DNA of 64,000 bases, from contig NZ_JBHULN010000028.1 in the NCBI RefSeq assembly GCF_042684525.1, forward strand, positions 985 to 64,984. Reading direction: 5' to 3'. A program made the translations under genes and the position numbers. This document shows, one piece after another, positions 37,843 through 48,691 of the stretch (positions within the stretch are counted from its first letter, which is position 1; each line of letters starts with the position of its first letter). The notes below the pieces were generated by a model that saw nothing but the letters and a program-made list of their open reading frames with translations, was not told where the DNA came from and did no database searches. The DNA is from Spirosoma soli (lineage in GTDB: Bacteria > Bacteroidota > Bacteroidia > Cytophagales > Spirosomataceae).

Positions 37843-39813
37843 ATGAAAAGTTTAAGATGGACAGCGTTACTTTCAGTTATTCTTATTGTACAGAGTGCCT
37901 TTGCTGAAGTTCGCCTGCCCAAAGTTTTTGGTTCGCACATGGTGCTGCAACGGCGTAAACCCGTACCCGTGTGGGGATTGGCTGATCCCGCTGAGAAGGT
38001 AATTGTTACGCTGAATGGCCAAACTAAATCAGTGAAGGCTGGCAAAGACGGTAAGTGGCGCGTTATGCTAGACCCAATGGAAGCCGGTGGGCCCTATCAG
38101 CTGGTCGTGAAAGGCAAGAAAAATACGATAACGCTGGATGACGTGCTGACAGGTGAGGTTTGGGTCTGCTCGGGACAATCAAATATGGAATGGCCACTAG
38201 GTGCTGCGGCCAACGGTCAGAAAGAAGTTGCTGTTGCCAACTTCCCCAAGATTCGTCAGCTTATGGTTAAAAAAGCGATAAGCTTGACACCGAAAGAAGA
38301 CATTGATGGAGAATGGACGGTATGCAGTCCTCAAACGGCGTCGGGCTATACGGCGGTCGGCTATTTTTTTGCCAAACAACTACAGCAGGAGCTAAACGTA
38401 CCAATCGGATTAATCAATACGTCCTGGGGAGGTACTCATTCTGAAACCTGGACTAGTCGCGAGGCTATAAACCAAGACACTGAGCTCAAAACCGTGGCTG
38501 CTAAACTGCCAAATTCAGTCGAGGAAGTGATTCAGAGCGGAAAACAGCGTATCGAAACTTTGTTGAGGAATCAGCAGGGTGGTTTGCCATCGGCGGCTGA
38601 AGAACAAACGTGGGCCGATCCTGCGCATAACGTTGACCAATGGAAAAGCATGACCGTGCCTACGGATTGGGAGTGGGGGGGCTTGCCAACGTTAGATGGC
38701 GTGGTCTGGTTTCGGCGTGATGTGATCATTCCTGAAGGCGCTAACCTCGCTAAAATCACCCTGCACATGGGCTCGGTAGATGACAACGACTCTACCTACG
38801 TAAATGGCCAGCTGGTAGGGAGTATGAAAGGGCGTGGGGCCCGTGCCTATGCATTGCCCGAAGGTTTATTGAAACCCGGCCGGAATGTGATTGCCGTGCG
38901 AGTTGTAGACGTGGGGGCAGCAGGTGGCATATTGGGCCAGGCAGAGCAGCTTCGGCTGTCGGGAAGCGCATTAACCATTCCGTTGGCTGGTAAGTGGCAA
39001 TATCGGGTGGCTCAGGCCTTTGCGTCGTCCTACAATCCAGGACCAAATACGTATGCTACTCAGCTGTTTAATGCTATGGTGAACCCACTGATTCCCTATG
39101 CTATGGCAGGCGTAATCTGGTACCAGGGCGAATCCAACGCCAGTCGGGCTTATCAATATCGACGGACGTTTCCGCTTATGATTCAGGACTGGCGACAGCA
39201 TTGGGGACAAGAGTTTCCGTTCCTGTTTGTTCAGTTGGCGAGCTTCAATGCGAACAACGGCAACAGCCAGCGGGGGAGTGCCTGGGCCGAACTGCGGGAA
39301 GCGCAGGCAATGGCGCTTCAGTTACCTAATACTGGCATGGCTATTACGTCGGACATTGGCGAGTCGGGTGATATTCATCCAAAAAATAAACTCGATGTAG
39401 GCAAACGATTGGCTGCGGAGGCTATGCGGGTTGCTTACCAAAAAACGGCTGATGAGGCAGGACGCGGGGAACCATCGCGGGGGCCAATGCTGGATAAAAT
39501 GACGAGCGACGGTAATCGGGTTGTCTTAACGTTTCGCCATGTGGGGGGCGGCTTACTGGCCAAAGACAAATACGGTTATCTCAAAGGCTTTGAAGTTGCC
39601 GGAGCCGACAAGAAATTCCATTACGCTAAAGCCGAAATACAGGGGAATTCAGTAATTGTTCACAGCGATTCGGTAACTGCGCCAGTCGCCGTGCGATACG
39701 GTTGGGCCGATGATAATGGCGACCTGAACCTGTATAATCAGCAAGGCTTTCCGGCTGCACCCTTCCGCACCGATACGTGGCCGGGTGTTACAGAGGCTGT
39801 TAAGTTTGAGTAG
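37843..39813 (+). CDS. Sialate O-acetylesterase-family (SASA/SGNH) carbohydrate esterase, secreted.
   Basis: Signal peptide. VWVCSGQSNMEWPL (GQSNM motif). 656 aa. Confidence 0.7.
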   Translation: MKSLRWTALLSVILIVQSAFAEVRLPKVFGSHMVLQRRKPVPVWGLADPAEKVIVTLNGQTKSVKAGKDGKWRVMLDPMEAGGPYQLVVKGKKNTITLDDVLTGEVWVCSGQSNMEWPLGAAANGQKEVAVANFPKIRQLMVKKAISLTPKEDIDGEWTVCSPQTASGYTAVGYFFAKQLQQELNVPIGLINTSWGGTHSETWTSREAINQDTELKTVAAKLPNSVEEVIQSGKQRIETLLRNQQGGLPSAAEEQTWADPAHNVDQWKSMTVPTDWEWGGLPTLDGVVWFRRDVIIPEGANLAKITLHMGSVDDNDSTYVNGQLVGSMKGRGARAYALPEGLLKPGRNVIAVRVVDVGAAGGILGQAEQLRLSGSALTIPLAGKWQYRVAQAFASSYNPGPNTYATQLFNAMVNPLIPYAMAGVIWYQGESNASRAYQYRRTFPLMIQDWRQHWGQEFPFLFVQLASFNANNGNSQRGSAWAELREAQAMALQLPNTGMAITSDIGESGDIHPKNKLDVGKRLAAEAMRVAYQKTADEAGRGEPSRGPMLDKMTSDGNRVVLTFRHVGGGLLAKDKYGYLKGFEVAGADKKFHYAKAEIQGNSVIVHSDSVTAPVAVRYGWADDNGDLNLYNQQGFPAAPFRTDTWPGVTEAVKFE

Positions 39814-39924
39814 TCAGAACGGGGATTAAGAGGAGTTTAAGGATTAACGGAATTTTGTTTTTAATAGATGGAAGTAAATAGCAAAATCTTGTTAATCCTT
39901 AAATCTGCTCAATCTCGGTTCAGA

Positions 39925-40362
39925 TTAATGTTTCGTTTCCTGCTGGCGCATCGGCATGCTGTCGATGAGTTGGAATAAGTCTTTAGGAGCCACCGGCTTT
40001 TTGTAGGATTGCTTCACGCCCCCGTCTTTCCCAATCAACCAGGCGGCAAAATCGTCAGACGGATTGAGCTTGTACTCATGCATGAGGAACTGACGGTCGG
40101 GCTCCATTACCAGCGACGCTACAAGGACAATAACATCCAGATCGCGTTCGGCTAGCCCATCTCTTTGTTCATTAAGAGCTTCCTGCTGTTCAATAATATA
40201 ATGCTGGGCGTCGTCGCGGCCGTAAACCAGCAACACGCGCCGGTGGTCTTTCTTTTCGTTTAATATCGCTCTGAGCGATTTACTTTGATTTGCTATGCTT
40301 TCCATACCAAGAGTCAGCAAGATTAAGAGTGCTGTTAAACTCATCAACCAACGGCTTCGCAT
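39925..40362 (-). CDS. DUF4174-family secreted protein.
   Basis: Signal peptide. RRVLLVYGRDD motif. Confidence 0.45.
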   Translation of the reverse strand: MRSRWLMSLTALLILLTLGMESIANQSKSLRAILNEKKDHRRVLLVYGRDDAQHYIIEQQEALNEQRDGLAERDLDVIVLVASLVMEPDRQFLMHEYKLNPSDDFAAWLIGKDGGVKQSYKKPVAPKDLFQLIDSMPMRQQETKH

Positions 40363-40429
40363 AGTGTTTGAAGTTGGGCGGCCCGAAAGCCGCCAGTCTT
40401 GTTTTTCAAGAAGCGACTTTTCAGCCGCA

Positions 40430-40807
40430 TCAAAGCAAATCTTCTGAACGTTCGAGCATCAGGATAGACGCCTGAGGTACAATCACGTACTGCTCACCTT
40501 CGTACTGTAACTCAATAGCGTTGCGCTGTAGATAGAGAGCTACATCGCCTTCCTGCGCCTGAAGAGGCATATATTTCACTTTTTCCTCTGTTTCTTTCCA
40601 GGGTTCGTCTTCGGTTGGTACCGGAATCGGATAACCAGGCCCTACTTTAATAACGTATCCCGACTGTACTTGTTCTTTTTCCTGTACGGTAGGTGGTAGA
40701 TATAACCCACTAGCCGTGCGATCGGTTGGGTCTTTAGGTTTAATCAATACCCGATCCCCCACGATGATCAGGCGTTTCAACTTGTTATCAGCAGTAATTC
40801 CAATCAT
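40430..40807 (-). CDS. GroES (Cpn10)-family protein with an extended loop, not adjacent to groEL.
   Basis: IIVGDRVLIKP...SGLYLP...GYVIKVGPG... matches the GroES fold. An insert of about 30 aa is present. Confidence 0.5.
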   Translation of the reverse strand: MIGITADNKLKRLIIVGDRVLIKPKDPTDRTASGLYLPPTVQEKEQVQSGYVIKVGPGYPIPVPTEDEPWKETEEKVKYMPLQAQEGDVALYLQRNAIELQYEGEQYVIVPQASILMLERSEDLL

Positions 40808-40945
40808 AATCAGTCGGTACGTTTCTAGGCAGCACACTAAAAGTTAAGAAATCAATACGTCAAAAATCGGGCAGAATCCCTAAATGAGCCAACTTGTCAG
40901 AGTCATCGAAAATGAACAGATAAATTGACTGACTTGCTGAGTCGC

Positions 40946-41158
40946 TTAAGGTACTGGGTCGTAGCCATGACCACCCCAGGGATGACAACGACTAATGCGC
41001 TTCAACCCAAGCCAGCCACCCTGAATAGCACCATGTTTGCGAATGGCTTCAATGGCATATTGCGAACAGGTTGGTGTGTAGCGGCACGCATTGGGGAAGT
41101 AAGGCGATACGATTCCCTGATACACTTTTACGAATCCGATCAGAATTGATTTCATCAT
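40946..41158 (-). CDS. yidD: Membrane protein insertion efficiency factor YidD.
   Basis: ...[19 protein letters not shown]...GHGYDPVP, conserved YidD motifs. Confidence 0.85.
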   Translation of the reverse strand: MMKSILIGFVKVYQGIVSPYFPNACRYTPTCSQYAIEAIRKHGAIQGGWLGLKRISRCHPWGGHGYDPVP

Positions 41159-41253
41159 GAACTCGTAAACACCAAAACGCCCGAAAACTTTCCCGCAATC
41201 CGTATCTTTGCCCACCGTCGTTTGTAACCAGGCGGCTTTGACCCCGATTTGTT

Positions 41254-42108
41254 ATGCTGCAATACGTTATTTGGGACGTAGATCCCGAAATTTTTCACAT
41301 CGGTTCTTTCTCCGTACGCTGGTATGGTTTGTTGTTTGCCTTAGGTTTTTTGATTGGTATGCAGATCATGACCTATATTTTTAAGAAAGAAGACAAGCCC
41401 GTTGCCGACACTGATACCTTACTGATTTACATGGTCGTTGCCACTATTCTTGGGGCACGGTTTGGCCATTTTTTGTTCTACGAACCCGAAGTGCTCTTTA
41501 AAAATCCGCTCGAAGTTATTCTGCCGCCTTATCGGGGGCTGGCTAGTCATGGCGCAACAATCGGTATCCTGACGGGCTTGTGGCTCTACTCGCGCCGAAA
41601 ATCTAGTCTCGAAACTGGCCAGACGTTTTTGTGGGTAACCGACCGTATTGTTATAACAGTTGCCCTTGGAGGAGCCAGTATCCGGTTTGGTAATCTGATG
41701 AACTCCGAGATAGTGGGTCGGCCAACGGATGTGCCCTGGGCGTTTATTTTTATAAATAATCCAGAGTACGCCAAAATTCCTCGCCACCCGGCTCAGCTTT
41801 ACGAATCGCTGTCATGCCTTGTTCTATTCTTCTTTTTACTATGGTTTTGGAACCGGTATAAGGAGCGTACCCCACGAGGCAGCATGCTGGGCATTTTCCT
41901 GATCTGGGTATTTGGCTTACGGTTTTTCTATGAATATCTCAAAGAGAACCAGGTACCATTTGAAGATAGCTTACCGCTGAACGTGGGGCAGATATTGAGC
42001 ATCCCCGCGGTATTACTGGGTGTATACTTCCTGATTCGCGGTTACCGAAATCAAGGAAATATACCTGTGAGTCAAGATAGAGCTCCAACAAAAACAGGGA
42101 CGGTGTAA
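41254..42108 (+). CDS. lgt: Prolipoprotein diacylglyceryl transferase.
   Basis: N-terminal ...IGSFSVRWYGLLFALGFLIG... and LGARFGHFLFYEP. 284 aa. Confidence 0.8.
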   Translation: MLQYVIWDVDPEIFHIGSFSVRWYGLLFALGFLIGMQIMTYIFKKEDKPVADTDTLLIYMVVATILGARFGHFLFYEPEVLFKNPLEVILPPYRGLASHGATIGILTGLWLYSRRKSSLETGQTFLWVTDRIVITVALGGASIRFGNLMNSEIVGRPTDVPWAFIFINNPEYAKIPRHPAQLYESLSCLVLFFFLLWFWNRYKERTPRGSMLGIFLIWVFGLRFFYEYLKENQVPFEDSLPLNVGQILSIPAVLLGVYFLIRGYRNQGNIPVSQDRAPTKTGTV

Positions 42109-42139
42109 GCCGTCCCTGTCAGAAATGAATGTGAGTCTG

Positions 42140-43540
42140 TTACTTAGACAGTGCGCCAAAGGCATCTAGGCGTCCACCCGTAACTGTCTTGCCACTAAGT
42201 GAAGCCGTTGGCACCGCACTTGACAAGATAGCATTCCGAATCTGGGCTACGCTGGCACCAGGATGTGTAGACGCATAAAGCGCTACAGCTCCGGTTACGT
42301 GTGGCGTTGCCATCGACGTACCGTTGTACGATGAGTACGTGTTATAAGCGGTTGTTGAGATAACCCCTACGCCCGGCGCACCAATGTCGACTGTTGTGGC
42401 GCCATACTGCGAGAAACTAGCCAGCGCTCCGTTACGGTCAATGGCTGCCACCGAGATTACGTTAGGGAGGTTATAGTTGGCTGGGTAGCTAGGCGATGTG
42501 TCGTTGTTAGTGCCACTATTACCGGCTGCTGCAATAAACAAGATGCCTGCTGCATTTGCCCGGCTGATGGCATCGTAAAGCGCCTGCGAATAGCCACCGC
42601 CACCCCATGAGTTGTTGCTGGCAACAATGTTCACTCCGCTTCTCTTAAGGTTCGTCAAATAATCCACGGCTTTAATGGCGTTGGCTGTTGTACCGCCATT
42701 TGTCCCTAAAAACTTAGCTGAAATTAATTTGATGTTCCAGTTGAGGCCCACCACACCGGCTCCGTTGTTAGCCTTCCCGCCAATGGTGCCTGCTACGTGT
42801 GTACCGTGATCGTCCTGTGACCCTCGGGTACCACCGTCGTAGATACTGTTGTTATTACCGGCAAAATCCCAGCCATTTACGTCGTCTCTATACCCATTAC
42901 CGTCATTATCAACGCCGTCGGCAGGGTCTCTAGGGTTGGTCCATACCTGGCCGCTCAGGTCGGGGTGGGTAAGTTGTACACCTTCGTCAATGATACCGAC
43001 GTAGACGTTTGCCGATCCGGTGACGTTAGCTGCCCAGGCCGCTGCAGCATTACTACCGTACTGATTAGCCGGTGAGGTGTTGGGTCCATACATGCCCCAC
43101 AGTGATCCATTTGTGTAATAAGGATCGCTGGCCGTAGCGGCATGCGTATAGATATAGTTCGGTTCAATGAATTCAATGCCTGGTGTACCCTGTAATTCCG
43201 CAATGGCTTCGAGCACACCTTTTTTGATTTTCACTAACTCTAATCCATCTTTCTTGTCGGCTTTGTCTAACAGTTTTGTCAGAATTTTCTCAAGACGCTG
43301 CCCTTTAATCTTGTCGAAGATTTGAAGTTTTGTGTCTTCATCAAGTCCTTCCGTAAATTGAATCAATACTTCATCTTCTACATAATCTTTGCCCGCAGCC
43401 AGTTTTGCGTTGGCACCTGAACTGTTTGGTGAGGGTGAAGTTTTCAGATCGTCTACGGGGTCGCAGGCCATGAAAGTGGATGATGCGAGTAGCGCGGCAG
43501 CTGCATACTTCACAGAGGTTAGGATAAATGGCTTTTTCAT
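42140..43540 (-). CDS. Secreted S8 (subtilisin-like) serine peptidase with N-terminal I9 propeptide.
   Basis: Catalytic motifs DDHGTHVAGTIGG and GTSMATPHVTGA. Signal peptide. Confidence 0.85.
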   Translation of the reverse strand: MKKPFILTSVKYAAAALLASSTFMACDPVDDLKTSPSPNSSGANAKLAAGKDYVEDEVLIQFTEGLDEDTKLQIFDKIKGQRLEKILTKLLDKADKKDGLELVKIKKGVLEAIAELQGTPGIEFIEPNYIYTHAATASDPYYTNGSLWGMYGPNTSPANQYGSNAAAAWAANVTGSANVYVGIIDEGVQLTHPDLSGQVWTNPRDPADGVDNDGNGYRDDVNGWDFAGNNNSIYDGGTRGSQDDHGTHVAGTIGGKANNGAGVVGLNWNIKLISAKFLGTNGGTTANAIKAVDYLTNLKRSGVNIVASNNSWGGGGYSQALYDAISRANAAGILFIAAAGNSGTNNDTSPSYPANYNLPNVISVAAIDRNGALASFSQYGATTVDIGAPGVGVISTTAYNTYSSYNGTSMATPHVTGAVALYASTHPGASVAQIRNAILSSAVPTASLSGKTVTGGRLDAFGALSK

Positions 43541-43825
43541 AAAATATTATTTATGTTTAAATGCGTTAAGCATTCAATGTTAATTATTCACAACCGTTTA
43601 TACAATATATTTTGTAAAATAAATTTCTATTTATTTTGAATTTGGCTCATGTTGAAATGGTAACTAATTGTATATCATAGACATAATTAATAACTTTTTA
43701 ATATTCGAATAGCTGTTAAATAGATACATGACAATTGCGTTTACTCAAAAAATAGATTGGCAGTTTGTTAGATAGTGTACTTTGGCGACTACTCGTAAGA
43801 TCAACCCTAAAAGCCCTTATCAATT

Positions 43826-44449
43826 ATGAATGTGAAATCATACGTACTTTTAGCCAGCCTACTTCCAGCGGCATTACTGACGAGTTGTGGTAGCAGCGCA
43901 AAGGAAGAAGAAAAGAAAGAGGAAGAATCAGTCTCGGCAGTTGGGGCGCTGGGTGCATTGAAAGAGATGGCTGCTCAGGCTGAAGATGCGCAAAAAAACG
44001 GACCTGTTGAGACGGTTGATTTCCGTTCGTTGAAAGAGTTACTGCCAGCCGATGCCGATGGACTGGCGCGTAAAGAAGCTACAGGTGAGAAAAACGGAGC
44101 TGCAGGTTTCGCCGTTTCGACAGCGACGGGCAAATATGCCAATGACGATAACAGTGAAACGATTGAGTTAGAGATAATAGACGCGGGCGGTACAGGAATG
44201 TTAATGGGCATGGCCGCCTGGTCGGTGATAGAAGTCGATAAAGAAACGGCTAACGGTTATGAAAAGACTAGTAAAATGGGAGATTACAAGTCTTATGAAA
44301 AATACGACAATGACAGCAAAGCAGGCGAAATTGCGGTGTTGGTTAACAAACGGTTTATCGTGAGTGCCGAAGGACGGGGCGTTAGCATGGATAAACTCAA
44401 AGCAACGATTGAAGAAATCAACCTGGCCAAATTAGGTGATCTGAAATGA
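43826..44449 (+). CDS. Lipoprotein of unknown function.
   Basis: Lipobox LLTSCGSS. 207 aa. Hairpin terminator with T-run at 44459-44505. Confidence 0.5.
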   Translation: MNVKSYVLLASLLPAALLTSCGSSAKEEEKKEEESVSAVGALGALKEMAAQAEDAQKNGPVETVDFRSLKELLPADADGLARKEATGEKNGAAGFAVSTATGKYANDDNSETIELEIIDAGGTGMLMGMAAWSVIEVDKETANGYEKTSKMGDYKSYEKYDNDSKAGEIAVLVNKRFIVSAEGRGVSMDKLKATIEEINLAKLGDLK

Positions 44450-44502
44450 TGTACTTAGTAGAGCCGAATGCAGGTAGCAATTTGTGGCATTCGGCTCTGT
44501 TT

Positions 44503-45441
44503 TTATTCGTACAAAAGCTGCCGATCGACTGAACTAGGCAGCGGACCTTGTCGGGTTAGTTTTAATTTAGCTAGAGCCGCTCCGGCATAAGCGCAGTTTG
44601 CAGGAGCATAACCATCCAGGTAAGCAGTCAGAAAACCTGCCCAATACGCATCACCCGCTCCTGTAACGTCGACGACGTCAATTTTTCGACCTGGTATCCG
44701 TGCCTGCTTCGCTCCCCCATTATACGATACCAAACTACCATCAGGGCCGAGTGTCAGGCAAACCAACAACGCGCCCATTCGATGAAGATCGCTCAAAATT
44801 CGCTCTGTTGACTGCGTTTGGCCATAAAGCCGGGCGGCATCGTCTTCACTAATCTTGACAAGGGCTCCCGCTGAACAGTAATCAGTCAAAACTTGCCAGG
44901 CCTGATCGCGGTCAGGCCAGAGGCTGGGCGCGTAATTCGCATCAATGCTTACCTGACAACCTGCTGCCTGTGCACGTTTGGCGGCATCGACAATGGTCTC
45001 CTGGGCGGGTTGACGACTGAGAGCAAAGCAAGTTGTGTGGAAGATTTGAGCCTGAGCTAACAGGGAGTCGGGCAACTGATCAGGTTTAATCTGACAGTCA
45101 GCAGTACGGTACGCAATGAAATCGGGAGTGCCGGCGGTGCGGGAAACAATGACGATACTTGTTGGCTCCAGCGGATCGGTGGATACAAACTGGGTGTCAA
45201 CGCCCGTTTCGGCTACTTCGCGGATTAAGTATCGACCAACATTATCATCACCAACGCAGGCTACCAGGGCCGTTTGGTTACCCAGGCGGGCCATGTTGGC
45301 GGCCATGTTGGCAGGGCTACCGCCCTGGTACCGCCTGAAATCCTGAGCATCGAGTAAACTTTTTGACACGTGGTGGCCAATGAAATCGGCTAGTAATTCG
45401 CCAACAGATAGCAGGGCGTAAGGGCGGGTGGTTGTGGTCAT
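44503..45441 (-). CDS. PfkB-family carbohydrate kinase (fructokinase/ribokinase-like).
   Basis: GGSPANMAANMARLG near the N-terminus and DVTGAGDAYWAGF near the C-terminus. Confidence 0.7.
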   Translation of the reverse strand: MTTTTRPYALLSVGELLADFIGHHVSKSLLDAQDFRRYQGGSPANMAANMARLGNQTALVACVGDDNVGRYLIREVAETGVDTQFVSTDPLEPTSIVIVSRTAGTPDFIAYRTADCQIKPDQLPDSLLAQAQIFHTTCFALSRQPAQETIVDAAKRAQAAGCQVSIDANYAPSLWPDRDQAWQVLTDYCSAGALVKISEDDAARLYGQTQSTERILSDLHRMGALLVCLTLGPDGSLVSYNGGAKQARIPGRKIDVVDVTGAGDAYWAGFLTAYLDGYAPANCAYAGAALAKLKLTRQGPLPSSVDRQLLYE

Positions 45442-45525
45442 CTCATGAAAAAGTCATTCCGCAACATCATCATTCAATAGAACAATAAGGCTGTGGAATG
45501 ACAAAAATAGGCAACAGTTTGACTA

Positions 45526-46902
45526 TTAGTTTCCGCCGGGTTCTACCGGAAGAGCAGCGGCTTCACTTTGTGCGTTTTCTTTCACCAGGAAACATGCTCC
45601 TGCCGCTAAGAGCAGGCAAACTCCGCACAACACCAAGGCATTGCGGGGATCACCACCCAAGAGCGTATTGTACAGGAAGGGAATGGTGATCATGTTGATG
45701 ATTTGCGGCACTACAATGAATCCGTTAAACAAGCCCATGTAAACACCCATCCGCTCGCTCGGAACGGAGGTTGACAGCATTACGTAAGGCATTGACAGAA
45801 TGGAGCCCCAAGCGAGTCCTACCAAAGTCATGCCGATCAGAAACACACTCTTGTCTTCGCCCAGTAGCATGGAAAGAAATCCTAATCCACCAAGGCTTAA
45901 GAACAGCGCGTGTGTACCACGTCGACCTAATCGCTTGGCAATGGTGGGTAAGAAAAACGAGATGCTAAAACAGCCGACATTAAATAAGGCAAAGCAGTCG
46001 TTTCCAACCTCAATACCCCGCTCAAAACCGGGCGACTGGGCGGTTGGTGCGTTAAACGCGTGCCGTGAGATGGCCAGCGACAGATACTGCCACATCAGCG
46101 GCAAGCCATACCACGTAAAGAATTTCACCCACCAAAGCTGCTTCATAGTCGTTGGCATGTCGCGCAGTGCATGAAACACCTCCGTAAACGCTTTGAGAAC
46201 ACCACCACCTTCTTGCTTTTCGCGTTCAAAAGCAGCCATGTCTTCCGGCGGATATTCGTCGGTGGTGTACATTGTCCAAAGAACAGCCGCCACAATGGCT
46301 ACCGCACCAATGTAAAACGACCAGCGGGTGATATCCGGAATAGCGTTTGACCCGGTTGCGACCATTGTTAGACCGAAGAGAGGGAGAATGCGCGGCATTA
46401 AATTGGCGAGCGTTTGGCCGAATCCTACGAAAAAGCTTTGCATAGCAAACCCAATGGTACGCTGTTCCGTATTTAGCTTATCACCAATGAAAGCGCGAAA
46501 CGGCTCCATGGATGCGTTGAGACCCGAGTCCAGAATCCACATCAGGCTGGCCGCCATCCATAGGGTCGATGAGTTCGGCATCATGATGAGGGCAAAGCTC
46601 CCAATCAGAGCACCAATCAGGAAGTACGGTTTTCGGCGGCCCCAGCGGGGTGACCAGGTTCGATCGCTCATGGCACCGATAATCGGCTGAATCAGTAGGC
46701 CCGTTACTGGCCCGGCTAGCCAGAGTGCTGGTATCTCGGCTTCGTTGGCGTTCAAGTATCGGAAGATAGGACTCATGTTGGCCTGTTGCAGACCAAAACC
46801 GTATTGAATGCCAAAGAACCCGAAACTCATGTTCCAGATTTGCCAGAAGCTTAGCCGAGGTTTAGCCGTCTTTGTCGGCTTCTGAATTTTTTCGGTTTGC
46901 AT
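45526..46902 (-). CDS. MFS sugar transporter (SLC45/sucrose-symporter-like).
   Basis: N-terminal RLSFWQIWNMSFGFFGIQYGFGLQ, 12 TM segments. Co-oriented with the PfkB kinase. Confidence 0.6.
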   Translation of the reverse strand: MQTEKIQKPTKTAKPRLSFWQIWNMSFGFFGIQYGFGLQQANMSPIFRYLNANEAEIPALWLAGPVTGLLIQPIIGAMSDRTWSPRWGRRKPYFLIGALIGSFALIMMPNSSTLWMAASLMWILDSGLNASMEPFRAFIGDKLNTEQRTIGFAMQSFFVGFGQTLANLMPRILPLFGLTMVATGSNAIPDITRWSFYIGAVAIVAAVLWTMYTTDEYPPEDMAAFEREKQEGGGVLKAFTEVFHALRDMPTTMKQLWWVKFFTWYGLPLMWQYLSLAISRHAFNAPTAQSPGFERGIEVGNDCFALFNVGCFSISFFLPTIAKRLGRRGTHALFLSLGGLGFLSMLLGEDKSVFLIGMTLVGLAWGSILSMPYVMLSTSVPSERMGVYMGLFNGFIVVPQIINMITIPFLYNTLLGGDPRNALVLCGVCLLLAAGACFLVKENAQSEAAALPVEPGGN

Positions 46903-47015
46903 GTACTGTATGAATTAGAGAGCCGTCGTAGCTTTAACGAAAAGGCAACAATAATACGTAGCAATTTGCAGGATATAGAGATAATGTTGGCTTATTTTTT
47001 TGTAAAGACGTACAT

Positions 47016-48458
47016 TTGAGAATGATTCCAAAAAACTGGCTAGCCCTTGTTAGCCTACTGATTATACTTCTATTGTCTTCTCAAGTCGTCGTAGCCAGCG
47101 GAGCCATTGACTCTACGAAGTCAATTGTTATTCAGTCGGTGACACTAAAAGGAAACGACCGAACGCGTGACCGCATCATTCTGCGCGAGATGACGCTGCA
47201 CGTGGGCGATACCGTTCGCTTGACTGACTTACCGAGCCGGATTGCCTGGGATCAACGCAACATAAATAACACCAACCTGTTCGTGACTGTTGATGTGGCT
47301 ACGGCCCTGACGACACCAACCGACTCGACCGAGCTGGCCCGACTCGATCTAACCATTGTTATGAAAGAGCGATGGTACCTCATTGCTTACCCCGTCTTTG
47401 ATCTGGCGGATCGAAACTTCAACGAGTGGTGGTACGACCGGGGCCGCGATTTGCGCCGGACTATTTACGGGGGCCGGTTGAGCTATCGGAACGTAACGGG
47501 CACCAACGACCGATTGCAGATTGAGATCATTCGGGGGTTTCTGCAACGCACTGTCCTCTCGTACTCTAAACCCTATATTGACCGGGCTCAGAAACTAGGC
47601 TTGCGGGTTGATTTGGCTTATCTGACCAATAACGAGATTCCATACCGTACCAACGCCGATAAATGGGTGTATGTCAAATCGGAGCAGACACTGCGCGAGC
47701 GTATGTACGTTGGTATGACACTGACGCACCGGCGAGGGTTGTATCATTATCATACGCTCGACACTCGTTATAACCGGAATACAATTGGCGATACGGTGGC
47801 CCTGCTGAATCCGGACTACTTTCTGGACGGCCGCACGATGCAGAAATACCTGTCAATGAGTTACAGCTACCGCTACGACCGGCGTGATAATGTAGTTTAT
47901 CCGTTACAGGGAACGCTGTTTTCGGGTATTGTAAGTGCTTCAGGGCTATTACCCGGCGATAACTTTCACTTTCTGGAAGCCTCCGCGTCCATTACCCGAT
48001 ACTGGCCGCTGGGTAAGAACTTTTATGCCGCGGCTAACCTGCGTGGCCGAACAACTTGGCCAAACCGGCAGCCTTATTTTAATCTGCGGGGCTTGGGTAG
48101 CTCGGCCGAAATGGTTAGAGGCTACGACCTTTACGTTATAGACGGGCAGCAGTCAGTTACCTGGCGAAATAGTTTGCGCTACCAGTTGTTTAATGTCCGA
48201 AAAGAGTTGAATTGGCTGCACATTCGACAATTTAATACCTTACCCATTGCGGCTTATATTACCACGTTCGCCGATGCCGGTTACGTGAGCAGTACCGTCG
48301 CCGAACAATACCAGAGCAAGCTAGCCAACCGACTGCTTTTCGGTACGGGGTTGAGCCTCGACGTTGTTACATTCTACAATATGGTTTTCCGGTTTACGGG
48401 CACCATCAATGCCCAGGGGAAAACGGGCTTCTTCTTTAATTTATCCCAAGAGCTCTGA
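47016..48458 (+). CDS. BamA/TamA-family (Omp85) outer-membrane protein with a single POTRA domain.
   Basis: Signal peptide, POTRA-like IVIQSVTLKGNDRTRDRIILREM, C-terminal beta-barrel. Confidence 0.55.
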   Translation: MRMIPKNWLALVSLLIILLLSSQVVVASGAIDSTKSIVIQSVTLKGNDRTRDRIILREMTLHVGDTVRLTDLPSRIAWDQRNINNTNLFVTVDVATALTTPTDSTELARLDLTIVMKERWYLIAYPVFDLADRNFNEWWYDRGRDLRRTIYGGRLSYRNVTGTNDRLQIEIIRGFLQRTVLSYSKPYIDRAQKLGLRVDLAYLTNNEIPYRTNADKWVYVKSEQTLRERMYVGMTLTHRRGLYHYHTLDTRYNRNTIGDTVALLNPDYFLDGRTMQKYLSMSYSYRYDRRDNVVYPLQGTLFSGIVSASGLLPGDNFHFLEASASITRYWPLGKNFYAAANLRGRTTWPNRQPYFNLRGLGSSAEMVRGYDLYVIDGQQSVTWRNSLRYQLFNVRKELNWLHIRQFNTLPIAAYITTFADAGYVSSTVAEQYQSKLANRLLFGTGLSLDVVTFYNMVFRFTGTINAQGKTGFFFNLSQEL

Positions 48459-48691
48459 GGACCAGCCACTCATCAATTCCCGTATCCAATCCGGCCATCC
48501 GGCAACCAATCGTCCAATTGTAGTATACCAGTTTAGGAGTGATCTGTACATTTGATGAGTCAATTCAACAGACTTATCTCTCTTCCAATGTAGGCGCTCC
48601 GTCTTCTTTTTCCGGTTACTAAGCGGGTTGGTTCCCGGGCCAGATTTCCGCGTACCTTTCAACCATCTTAACCAAATAAACCTTTCTTGTT

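Noticed and set aside
38792-39210. Two 79-84-aa minus-strand ORFs inside the sialate O-acetylesterase gene.
   Set aside because: Antisense shadow ORFs.
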